Origin: a virus
DNA length: 64,000 nucleotides
Reading direction: 5' to 3' (one strand)
IMG/VR virus record: IMGVR_UViG_3300029418_000119
The notes beneath the pieces are model-generated. The model worked only from the letters and a program-made list of their open reading frames with translations. It did no database searches and was not told the origin of the DNA. Shown piece after piece: positions 50,234 through 60,147 of this stretch. The first letter of the stretch is position 1; each line of letters opens with the position of its first letter. Made by a program: the position numbers and the translations under genes.

Positions 50234-50633
50234 TAATAACGAAAAACTCACTCTTGGAGAAAAGATCTTGTTTTTGACAGTCGGTGTGCTCATTACTCTT
50301 ATTGTTGGATATTTTGTATGGGCGATTGGCGACGGTATCTATCGTCATTATAATCCGATTAAGTGGACTGCCACTATTGAAGAACTGGAACCGGGTATCT
50401 ACGGATATACATCTACTATGGTATCTAATGTCCCAGCAGAAAATTACGAGATGCTTACGGTTCTTTGTAATGGCACATACATGAATATCAAAGGCCATGT
50501 ACAGATTGTGTACGATAGTAATACTCCGTATATCGAATATAAATCGACCAGTATTGTCAATGCAGACTCTGTAATAATTCATGCTCAAAAAGGACAGATT
50601 AAAAATAATGGAGTTAGTACAGTAACGAGGTGA
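50214..50633 (+). CDS. membrane-anchored hypothetical protein
   Basis: N-terminal TM helix. Confidence 0.3.
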   Translation: MVLNLDDNNEKLTLGEKILFLTVGVLITLIVGYFVWAIGDGIYRHYNPIKWTATIEELEPGIYGYTSTMVSNVPAENYEMLTVLCNGTYMNIKGHVQIVYDSNTPYIEYKSTSIVNADSVIIHAQKGQIKNNGVSTVTR

Positions 50634-50873
50634 TTCTTATGGAAGAATTAGGGTTTTATGAAGGGAAATATCAATGAAAGATTTTGACTTTTATAGAGCT
50701 AAATATATTCGTGATGGGAAATGGCGAATTGAGTTTTTTGATAAAGACAAAAAGTATGTTGGCTCTATTTATAAAGTAGGGTCGGACGGCGTCCGTGGGT
50801 ATTGCCAGTGTTTAAATGATCTTGGCTACAAAGCAATTTTATAAAACTTGGATTCTTATAAAGGAGGTTCACA

Positions 50874-51701
50874 ATGATTATTGACTGCAAATCTATTGCA
50901 CAAGACATCAAAAATAAAATCAAGAATATTATTGCAGAAGCCGACTACGCTCCTGTTTTATATATTTATCAAGTAGGGGACAACCCTGCGTCTAATGCTT
51001 ATATCCGTGGCAAGCTGCGTGACTGTGAAGAGGTTGGAATCGAAGCAAACCTTATCAAACTGCCAGAAAATATCACTGAAGACGAATTGAACAACAAGAT
51101 ACTAGAAGATTATAATTGGGAAGATGTGGACGGTATCATCGTCCAGCTTCCACTGCCAAAACATATCAACCCCCAAAATATCTGCATTCCAGACGCGGTT
51201 GATGTTGATGGTTTTAATTCTACATCTCCATTTCAGCCGTGCACTCCGCTGGGCGTTATGAAGATTTTTGACTCCATCGGTTACGATCTGGATGGCAAGA
51301 ATGCGCTTGTGTGTGGTCAATCTGATATCGTAGGTCGTCCGTTGGTCGATATGCTGATTAAACGACACTGTAATGTGATCTCTGTGAATAGCACTGGTTC
51401 CGCTATGAAAGCAACTGCTCTTGAATTTGAAATGGTCGATGTGATTATTTCTGCTGTGGGTAAGCGCAACTTTATCATACCGTTTGATATTGATCGGGTT
51501 AAAGTGTGTATCGATGTTGGTATCAACTATGACGAAAACGGCAAGCAGCACGGTGACTGTGCTGACGCTGTTTATGATATGAAAGATATCAAAGTGACTC
51601 CTCGAATCGGTGGGGTTGGACTAATGACACGCGCCATGCTACTTTATAATGTATGTGTAGCGAAATATGGTGAGTATAAGATGGAGAAGGTGATTGAATG
51701 A
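50874..51701 (+). CDS. folD: bifunctional methylene-THF dehydrogenase/methenyl-THF cyclohydrolase FolD
   Basis: DGIIVQLPLPKHI signature and downstream VDVDGF; RBS AAAGGAGG. Confidence 0.85.
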   Translation: MIIDCKSIAQDIKNKIKNIIAEADYAPVLYIYQVGDNPASNAYIRGKLRDCEEVGIEANLIKLPENITEDELNNKILEDYNWEDVDGIIVQLPLPKHINPQNICIPDAVDVDGFNSTSPFQPCTPLGVMKIFDSIGYDLDGKNALVCGQSDIVGRPLVDMLIKRHCNVISVNSTGSAMKATALEFEMVDVIISAVGKRNFIIPFDIDRVKVCIDVGINYDENGKQHGDCADAVYDMKDIKVTPRIGGVGLMTRAMLLYNVCVAKYGEYKMEKVIE

Positions 51702-51892
51702 AAGAAGTCCCAATCTGGGAAAAAACGACGCTTACTGTGGAAGAAGCCGCTGCGTACTCTAATATCGGCACACATAAATTAAGAGAAATTACAGACAAGG
51801 ACGACAAGCAGCTTGTGCTGTGGGTTGGATCAAAACGCTTGATTAAACGCAAAGCACTTGAAAAATACATAGACCAGTCTTATTCGATTTGA
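51698..51892 (+). CDS. xis: excisionase-like HTH DNA-binding protein
   Basis: LTVEEAAAYSNIGTHKLREI helix-turn-helix immediately upstream of the integrase. Confidence 0.5.
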   Translation: MKEVPIWEKTTLTVEEAAAYSNIGTHKLREITDKDDKQLVLWVGSKRLIKRKALEKYIDQSYSI

Positions 51893-51965
51893 AATCAGAG
51901 CTTTGGTGTGGTATACTTATAGTGTCACATCAAGGCTCTTTATAGTAAATGTAAGGAGTCTATTT

Positions 51966-53123
51966 ATGGAAAGACGTAAAGATAGTAAAGGCAGAGTTTT
52001 AAAAAATGGAGAAAGCCAAAGAAAGGATGGCATGTATCAATATCGATGGACTGATAAAACTGGAAAACGTCACACAATTTATGCGAAAGATTTAAAAGTT
52101 CTTCGAGAAAAAGAAAATAATGCTAGTAAAATAATTTCTCAAGGGATAGATTTTGAAGGCGGTAAAATAACAACATATCAGTTTCTTATAAGATATTATG
52201 AATTTAAGAAAACATCAATAAAGAAATCGAGTTTGAAGACATATTATACAACGACAAACAAGTTGAAGGATACGTCTATCGGTAATACAAAAATCATTGA
52301 CGTAAAAATTTCAGACGCAAAACAACTGATTATTGATTTGAGCCAGAATGGGTTGAAATACAGTACAATAAAAACTATAAAAACACTGATAAAAGCTGCA
52401 TTTAAAATGGCTCAAGAAGATGATTTAATTTTAAAGAATCCGTTTGATTTTCAGCTGAATGAAGTTATAAAAAACGACACTAAAAAAAGAGTCGCATTAA
52501 CTGAACAACAGTATTCTGATTTGCTTGAATTCGTTTTATGTGATCGAGTCTTTCATAAGTATTATGATGACATCGTATTTTTGTATGAAACTGGAATTCG
52601 CGTAAGTGAATTTTGTGGATTAACACTTTCGGACATTGATTTTGTGAAACATGAAGTTGTAATTGATAAACAACTCATCAAAACCTCAAAAGGAGAACTC
52701 TACATCACAGATCCAAAATCAAAAGCTGGGTTTCGGACGATTCCATTGAGCGCTGAAGCATATCACGCGATTAAAGCCATTATCAATCGTCGGCCACAAA
52801 CAAACGAGATGATGGTCGATGGTTATTGTGGTTTCATCTCAATTCATTCAAATGGAACCCCGAAGACCTCTTGGAACATTGAATATGAGCTAAGAGAAAT
52901 TGCAAAGGCGTATAACAGCCTTTACCCAGAGTGCCAATTACCAAATCTCACACCTCACGTTCTTCGACACACTTTTTGTACCAGAAAAGTTAGCAGCGGC
53001 ATGAACATCAAGGCAGTTCAATATCTAATGGGGCATAGCTCAGTACAAATTACGCTCGATGTATACACATCAATCGACGCTGATATGATAAAAACTGAGT
53101 TTGCAAAAGTGGCACAGATGTGA
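51966..53123 (+). CDS. int: tyrosine integrase (phage integrase family)
   Basis: C-terminal HVLRHTFCTRKV ... LMGHSSVQITLDVYT; ATG after AAGGAG; lies at the right end of the AT-rich block. Confidence 0.85.
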   Translation: MERRKDSKGRVLKNGESQRKDGMYQYRWTDKTGKRHTIYAKDLKVLREKENNASKIISQGIDFEGGKITTYQFLIRYYEFKKTSIKKSSLKTYYTTTNKLKDTSIGNTKIIDVKISDAKQLIIDLSQNGLKYSTIKTIKTLIKAAFKMAQEDDLILKNPFDFQLNEVIKNDTKKRVALTEQQYSDLLEFVLCDRVFHKYYDDIVFLYETGIRVSEFCGLTLSDIDFVKHEVVIDKQLIKTSKGELYITDPKSKAGFRTIPLSAEAYHAIKAIINRRPQTNEMMVDGYCGFISIHSNGTPKTSWNIEYELREIAKAYNSLYPECQLPNLTPHVLRHTFCTRKVSSGMNIKAVQYLMGHSSVQITLDVYTSIDADMIKTEFAKVAQM

Positions 53124-53300
53124 GAGTTACTACACCAATCACTACACCAATTTTGGTGAAAATACGCCAAGATATGCGAAGATATGCCATACCATGCGGC
53201 ACATAATAGATTATTGAATACAAATAATTCACGAATTAACGTAATAAAATGCCGATATGTTAAAAAACTGAAAACTTTCTCATAAAAATTGCAAAACCCC

Positions 53301-53329
53301 TTGATTTTTCAGAGCAAGATGAGTACAAT
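53301..53329 (+). promoter_or_regulatory. groESL promoter (TTGATT - 17 nt - TACAAT)
   Basis: ttgatttttcagagcaagatgagtacaat directly upstream of CIRCE. Confidence 0.6.
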
Positions 53330-53333
53330 ACAA

Positions 53334-53360
53334 TTAGCGCTCAGAGAAAAGGAGTGCTAA
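53334..53360 (+). promoter_or_regulatory. CIRCE operator (HrcA binding site)
   Basis: TTAGCGCTC-N9-GAGTGCTAA inverted repeat, consensus TTAGCACTC-N9-GAGTGCTAA. Confidence 0.85.
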
Positions 53361-53441
53361 ACCGCTGCGGAGCACACACGAAGCCCCCGCAGGACGCAAC
53401 AAAGTTTCAAATAAATTCAATATAATTGGAGGGCAAGAATT

Positions 53442-53729
53442 ATGAAGATCATTCCTCTTGCAGACCGTGTTGTCATTAAGACTGTTGAAGTTGAGGAGAC
53501 CACCAAGGGCGGCCTGATCCTGACCGGCAGCGCAAAAGAGAAGCCGCAGGTGGCACAGGTCATCGCAGTCGGCCCCGGCGGTGTCGTGGACGGCAAGGAA
53601 GTCAAGATGACCGTCAAGGTCGGCGATAAGGTCCTCACCAGCAAGTACTCCGGCACCGAAGTCAAGGTGGACGGCGAAGAGTGCACCATTGTGCGCCAGA
53701 GCGACATTTTGGCTGTTGTGGAAGACTGA
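53442..53729 (+). CDS. groES: co-chaperonin GroES
   Basis: MKIIPLADRVVIK...GGLILTGSAKEKPQ canonical GroES; GC-rich host DNA. Confidence 0.95.
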   Translation: MKIIPLADRVVIKTVEVEETTKGGLILTGSAKEKPQVAQVIAVGPGGVVDGKEVKMTVKVGDKVLTSKYSGTEVKVDGEECTIVRQSDILAVVED

Positions 53730-53754
53730 AACTGAATTTTCCCTTTTCAATTGA

Positions 53755-55416
<1,662 letters not shown>

Positions 55417-55527
55417 TAACTGCCAAAAAACCGCATGAATCCTTGATTTTTGGAGCGCGCAAAAGCGGATTTACGCCAAACTTACGCCACTTACGCCAAA
55501 AATCAAAGCGCACTATAGGGTAACAAA

Positions 55528-55565
55528 ATCGGCACTCGCTGAAAAGCGGGTGCCGATTTTTTGCG
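55528..55565 (+). terminator. rho-independent terminator of groEL
   Basis: atcggcactcgc-tgaaaa-gcgggtgccgat followed by tttttt. Confidence 0.75.
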
Positions 55566-55585
55566 TCTAGGGGATTTGAAGACTC

Positions 55586-55933
55586 ATGAAACCCCCACTG
55601 ATGGATTCTGCGAGCGGCAGACTGTCAGCGGCTTTATTGTTGACGAAAAACAAAGGTAGGGATACAATAAAAAAAGAATGTAAAACCGGAAGGGAGCGTG
55701 CCGCCGTGGAAAACCAGAGAGACTTCTGCACAGAATGCCGCAGAGAAACAAACTACACCCTGAAGAAAATCAAAATCAACCAGACCATCCGGGAAAAGGA
55801 ATATACTTTTGAGATTACGGCTGCTTTCTGCAACGAATGCGGCGGCGAAATGGGGATTCCCGGTCTGATGGACTATAACATAAAGGAAATCGACGAGCAG
55901 TACCGCAAAGCCAGTGACAACATTGGCGGATAA
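55586..55933 (+). CDS. YgiT-type (MqsA-like) zinc-finger protein
   Basis: CTECRRE ... CNECGGE separated by a beta-rich segment (TLKKIKINQTIREKEYTFEI), as in YgiT-type zinc fingers; no HTH domain. Confidence 0.35.
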   Translation: MKPPLMDSASGRLSAALLLTKNKGRDTIKKECKTGRERAAVENQRDFCTECRRETNYTLKKIKINQTIREKEYTFEITAAFCNECGGEMGIPGLMDYNIKEIDEQYRKASDNIGG

Positions 55934-55964
55934 GAATAGAAATAATCAAAAAGAGGCTGATAAT

Positions 55965-56732
55965 ATGTCAGAAGAAATTATTCGGTATGAAGAAGTTTCA
56001 CCAACGGCCAAACTTTGGCGTTATATGGATTTAGCTAAGTTCATTTCTTTGATTGGAAAGAAAAAGTTGTATTTTGCATCACTAGAATCATTTGAGGATA
56101 TATTTGAAGGAGCGAAAGGAACAGTAAATCGTAAGGGAATATGGGATGGGTTTTATTCGGATTTTTTCAAAAAAGCAATACAAACGGTCCCCGGAATGAA
56201 TCGAGAAGATTTGACAGATGAATATATAGAGAAGAATTCTATGAGGCTATTGTCTGAATGGGGTGCGATGGGCGAACTGGAAAGAAAAAATGTGTTTGTG
56301 AGTTGTTGGCATTGCAATCAGTATGAATCTGATGCTATGTGGAAATTATACTCTGCAAATGTGAAAAACGCACTTGCAATTCAGACAACAGGGCGACAAT
56401 TATTTGAAGCACTTGGAAAAGACCCATCAGTAGAAATAGGAAAAGTACGGTACATTGACTATACAAAGCAGTTTGCTCCCATAAATGGCGCATATTGGTA
56501 TAAACGAAAATCGTTTGAGTATGAACAAGAAGTAAGGGCAGTTACGCATGTGAGAAAAGCTGCTTGTTGTGGGGTTGAAAAAGATGTCGATATTGAGAAA
56601 TTGATTGCAGGAGTCTATATTTCGCCGTATGCACCTAAATGGTTTGAAGATGTAGTGCGTGATATTACAGAAAAGTATGGGTTGAATAAACCAATCTTTT
56701 ATTCGGAAATGAAAGCAAAACCATTTTACTGA
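55965..56732 (+). CDS. DUF2971-family protein
   Basis: LWRYMDLAKFISLI..KKLYFAS...FEDIFEG and later VFVSCWHCNQYESDAMWKLY match the DUF2971 pattern; AT-rich insert in GC-rich surroundings. Confidence 0.5.
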   Translation: MSEEIIRYEEVSPTAKLWRYMDLAKFISLIGKKKLYFASLESFEDIFEGAKGTVNRKGIWDGFYSDFFKKAIQTVPGMNREDLTDEYIEKNSMRLLSEWGAMGELERKNVFVSCWHCNQYESDAMWKLYSANVKNALAIQTTGRQLFEALGKDPSVEIGKVRYIDYTKQFAPINGAYWYKRKSFEYEQEVRAVTHVRKAACCGVEKDVDIEKLIAGVYISPYAPKWFEDVVRDITEKYGLNKPIFYSEMKAKPFY

Positions 56733-56750
56733 TATGCTATTATAAACAAA

Positions 56751-56793
56751 CAGCCGCCCAGCATGACCATAGCGGTCAACTGCTGGGCGGCTG
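56751..56793. terminator. bidirectional terminator hairpin (cagccgcccagca ... tgctgggcggctg)
   Basis: 13-bp stem between convergent DUF2971 (+) and hicB (-); T-rich on the minus-strand side. Confidence 0.55.
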
Positions 56794-56808
56794 TTGTTGT
56801 ACTTATAC

Positions 56809-57186
56809 TTATGCTAGATGGAGTTTCTCTTTCAGCGCATCCTGAAGGACGCCGGAAAAGTTGATGTGTGCCGATTCGGCGGCATCGTTGAGCCAGCCGG
56901 GAATGGAAAGGGTTTTCTTTACGGGTCTGTACCGCTTTTCGTACTCTTCCATATCGAAAGGCACCATCACCACAAAATCTTCCGGATCAACATGGAGTGC
57001 AGAAGGGACAGAAGGCTCCGGGCAGACTTTGCAATCTTCCAGCATAAGGCCGATGGCATCCTGTGCCATGCGGACAGCTTCGTCCATGGTATCGCCTTGG
57101 GTGAAGCAGCCCTCAATATCGGGAATCTCAACAGAGTACCCGGTTTCTTCCGGGTGAAAAATTGCGGGATAGAAAATAGCATTCAT
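56809..57186 (-). CDS. hicB: HicB-family antitoxin
   Basis: MNAIFYPAIFHPEETGYSVEIPDIEGCFTQGDTMDEAVRMAQDAI typical HicB N-terminal domain. Confidence 0.7.
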   Translation of the reverse strand: MNAIFYPAIFHPEETGYSVEIPDIEGCFTQGDTMDEAVRMAQDAIGLMLEDCKVCPEPSVPSALHVDPEDFVVMVPFDMEEYEKRYRPVKKTLSIPGWLNDAAESAHINFSGVLQDALKEKLHLA

Positions 57187-57326
57187 AATGTGACCTCACC
57201 TTTTATAATTCAACAAACAATCAATGTACCTTCACATAACAGGCCTACATTATTGGTTGGAAATTGTAGAATAGTCTATGCAGTGCTTCGCAGTTTCAGA
57301 ATATGGAGTCTACAATCATCATATTC

Positions 57327-57518
57327 TTACTTTTTGAGTCCGGCTAATTTGAGAATATTTTTCTCGGTACCGGGTTTCAGATCCTTTGCGTGAAATGGAA
57401 CGACAGTGGTTTTGTTGGTAGTTGGGTTATGGTACTTGTAGTGTGACCCATTTGCACTGACTAAAACAAAGCCGTTCTGCTCCAGCAAGCGAATCATTTG
57501 CTTGGGAGTCATCGGCAT
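57327..57518 (-). CDS. hicA: HicA-family mRNA interferase toxin
   Basis: MPMTPKQMIRLLEQNGFVLVSANGSHYKYHNP...VVPFHAKDLKPGTEKNILKLAGL. Confidence 0.8.
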   Translation of the reverse strand: MPMTPKQMIRLLEQNGFVLVSANGSHYKYHNPTTNKTTVVPFHAKDLKPGTEKNILKLAGLKK

Positions 57519-57555
57519 GGCGGGTGCCCCTCCTTTCTTTCATGATTACAGTTTT

Positions 57556-57584
57556 ATTGTATACGTATTTTACGTATTTGTCAA
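57556..57584 (-). promoter_or_regulatory. hicAB promoter (TTGACA - 17 nt - TACAAT on minus strand) with TACGTA palindromes in the spacer
   Basis: Minus strand reads cttgacaaatacgtaaaatacgtatacaat; RBS AAAGGAGG then ATG of hicA. Confidence 0.65.
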
Positions 57585-57594
57585 GAGGGCAAAT

Positions 57595-57640
57595 AAGCCG
57601 CCCAGCGACCTTACGGTCTCGCTGGGCGGCTTATTTTTTG
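57595..57640. terminator. bidirectional terminator hairpin (aagccgcccagcgacc ... ggtctcgctgggcggctt) plus T-run
   Basis: Stem shares GCCGCCCAGC / GCTGGGCGGC with the hairpin at 56751-56793; terminates the XRE gene. Confidence 0.6.
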
Positions 57641-57957
57641 CGTTTCCACAACAGATATTCTTCGTAGCGGTGCATCTCGTTTTGTTCTTCTTCGGTCAGG
57701 CGCTGGCGCTGTTTGCGAGCCTCGTCTGAGGGGTCGATGTCGGTCAGACCCAGCAGGTAGTCGGCAGAGGTGCCATAGTACCTGCAAATGGCAATCAACA
57801 TCTCGTGGTTTGGGGAACTCTTTTCATGCTCCCAACTGCGGATGGTAGAGGTTGCAACGTTAAGGGCTTTGGCGAGTTCTTCCTGCGTTTGGTTATTCCA
57901 ATCTCGCAGGTCGGCTAATCGTGCTCCAATCATCTTTTTCCCGCCTTTCTTTGCCAT
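57631..57957 (-). CDS. XRE-family helix-turn-helix transcriptional regulator
   Basis: QTQEELAKALNVATSTIRSWEHEKSSPNHEMLIAICRYYGTSADYLLGL. Confidence 0.7.
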   Translation of the reverse strand: MAKKGGKKMIGARLADLRDWNNQTQEELAKALNVATSTIRSWEHEKSSPNHEMLIAICRYYGTSADYLLGLTDIDPSDEARKQRQRLTEEEQNEMHRYEEYLLWKRKK

Positions 57958-58110
57958 AAGTATAGGTGTTTCATATCACTTTTGGTAAAAAACGCCGAGA
58001 ATCTTGTTAATTTGCCTCGAAAGTGATAAGATACTTGTTAGTATAGGCCGAAAGTGCTAAGAATATTATCACTTCCGCCGCAACGCTAAGGCAAAGCGAG
58101 GGAATCCCCG

Positions 58111-60147
58111 TTGGAACAACTGATCGACTTTCACGCACCGGAAGTGCAGGCGGTGCTGGATACGCTACTAAAAGATAAATCCACCGGTAAAAACATCATC
58201 TGGGCCACCGACCCGCCGGAGGAACTGCAAACGGTGATGTACGAACCTGTCACGGATAGATCCCAGATCACCACCCAGCAGCTCGGGCTGACCCACTACG
58301 AGGTGGTGCTGCCCCGGATGATGAAGCAGACCGACACCCAGCAGCAGCGCACCCGCAAAAAAGGCGAGGTGTTCAGCCCCGCATGGGTCTGCAACAAGAT
58401 GAACAACGCACTGGACGCCGACTGGTTCCGTGGGCTGGGGGCAGGAGAGACCGCCGGGCAGTTTACGGTGGAGCTGCCCCAAGGCTGGCAGACGGTGGAA
58501 ACGCCGGTGCAGTTCCCGGTTTGCGGGGGCAGGACCCCGGCATGGGTGCGGTATGTGCAGAGCCGCCGCTTGGAGGTGACCTGCGGCGAAGCCCCCTTTC
58601 TGGCGTCCCGGTACGATGCCGCCACAGGCGAGATGATCCCGGTAGCCCGGCGCATTGGCATTCTGGACCGCAAGCTGCGTGTGGTAAGCGAGAACGCCGC
58701 CACAGAGGACGAATGGCGCAAATATGCCACCCATGCGGTGCAGTCTACCTACGGCTACGAGTATCAGGGCGATAATCTTTTGCTGGCACGGGTCAACCTT
58801 CTGCTGACCTATGCAGAGCACTTGCAAGCCCGCTGGCAGCGCAAACCCACAAAAGAAGAGTTACAGCCTATCGCCAACATCATCAGCTGGAACATGTGGC
58901 AAATGGACGGCTTGCACCGGTCCGTGCCCGGCGGCAAGCCTCAGCCGGAGGCAGAACAGCTTAATCTCTTTTCCATGTTCGGGGCGGCAGAGCCGCAGCC
59001 GCCCACGGTATCCTGTAAAGTGAAAAACTGGCGCAAGGGCAGCCATGGAACGACCCAGAACTTTGAAACTATTCAGGAAGGGAGTACCAGCATGAAGTTT
59101 GATTATGTCATCGGAAACCCGCCGTATCAGGAAATGTATAACGGAAATTCTTCAGGAGCAAATTCGGTATATGATAAATTTCTTGATGCATCACATGAAG
59201 TGGCAGATAAAGTCGAAATGATTCATCCCGCACGGTTCTTGTTTAATGCGGGATCTACGCCTAAAGCTTGGAATGAGAAGATGTTAAATAATCCGCATTT
59301 TAAGATTTTGTCGTATGAATCTAATAGTGACGTGATTTTTCCTAATTTGTCAGCCCCTATTGAAGGAGGCGTTGCAATTTCATACTGGGATAAAAAGAAG
59401 GATTTTGGAGTAATTGGAACGTTTACACCGTTTGTGGAATTGAACTCTATTTTAGAAAAAGTCCGTGATAATGGGAAATTCTCTTCTTTTGCTGATATTG
59501 TAGTTACAAGCTTTGCATACCACTTCACACAGAAAATGCATGATGATTATCCTGATGCGGCTTCGTTGATGAGTAAGGGACACGCATACGATTTGAAGTC
59601 TAATGTGTTTGATAGACTTTCAATGATTTTTTATGATGAAAAACCAAATGATGGTCATGAATACATTCGAATTTTTGGGCGAGATGGAAGCAATCGAACG
59701 CTTAAATATATCAGAAAAGAATATGTCAATAAAGTATCAAATCTTGACAAGTACAAACTTTTAATTTCTAAAGCAGATGGCGCATCAGGGCATATCGGAA
59801 AACCAATCCCGGCAAGAATTATTGGCAAGGCAGAAATTGTTGAACCATGGGTTGGTTCAACAGAAACATTTCTGGGAATTGGAAGGTTTGAAACACGCAA
59901 TGAAGCAGAAAACTGCTTGAAATACATAAAAACTAAATTTGCAAGAACAATGCTTGGTGTTTTGAAGGTGACGCAAGATATCACGCCAACAAAATGGAAA
60001 TATGTTCCCCTTCAAGACTTTACTGCCCATTCCGACATTGATTGGAGCAAGTCGGTGGCGGAGATTGACCAGCAACTTTACCGCAAGTATGACCTGACCG
60101 CAGACGAGATCGAATTTATCGAGACCCATGTAAAGGAGATGGCATAA
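58111..60147 (+). CDS. gamma-class N6-adenine DNA methyltransferase with C-terminal target-recognition region (Eco57I-like)
   Basis: Motif X-like GEVFSPAWVCNKM, motif I-like LEVTCGEAPFL, LLARVNLLL, motif IV VIGNPPYQE, then about 340 aa of AT-rich putative TRD; TTG start after GAGGGA. Confidence 0.65.
   Translation: MEQLIDFHAPEVQAVLDTLLKDKSTGKNIIWATDPPEELQTVMYEPVTDRSQITTQQLGLTHYEVVLPRMMKQTDTQQQRTRKKGEVFSPAWVCNKMNNALDADWFRGLGAGETAGQFTVELPQGWQTVETPVQFPVCGGRTPAWVRYVQSRRLEVTCGEAPFLASRYDAATGEMIPVARRIGILDRKLRVVSENAATEDEWRKYATHAVQSTYGYEYQGDNLLLARVNLLLTYAEHLQARWQRKPTKEELQPIANIISWNMWQMDGLHRSVPGGKPQPEAEQLNLFSMFGAAEPQPPTVSCKVKNWRKGSHGTTQNFETIQEGSTSMKFDYVIGNPPYQEMYNGNSSGANSVYDKFLDASHEVADKVEMIHPARFLFNAGSTPKAWNEKMLNNPHFKILSYESNSDVIFPNLSAPIEGGVAISYWDKKKDFGVIGTFTPFVELNSILEKVRDNGKFSSFADIVVTSFAYHFTQKMHDDYPDAASLMSKGHAYDLKSNVFDRLSMIFYDEKPNDGHEYIRIFGRDGSNRTLKYIRKEYVNKVSNLDKYKLLISKADGASGHIGKPIPARIIGKAEIVEPWVGSTETFLGIGRFETRNEAENCLKYIKTKFARTMLGVLKVTQDITPTKWKYVPLQDFTAHSDIDWSKSVAEIDQQLYRKYDLTADEIEFIETHVKEMA

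Noticed and set aside
57502-57729. Plus-strand ORF 57502-57729 between hicA and the XRE gene
   Set aside because: It spans the hicAB promoter and the bidirectional terminator hairpin and has a low-complexity translation; it is intergenic regulatory DNA.
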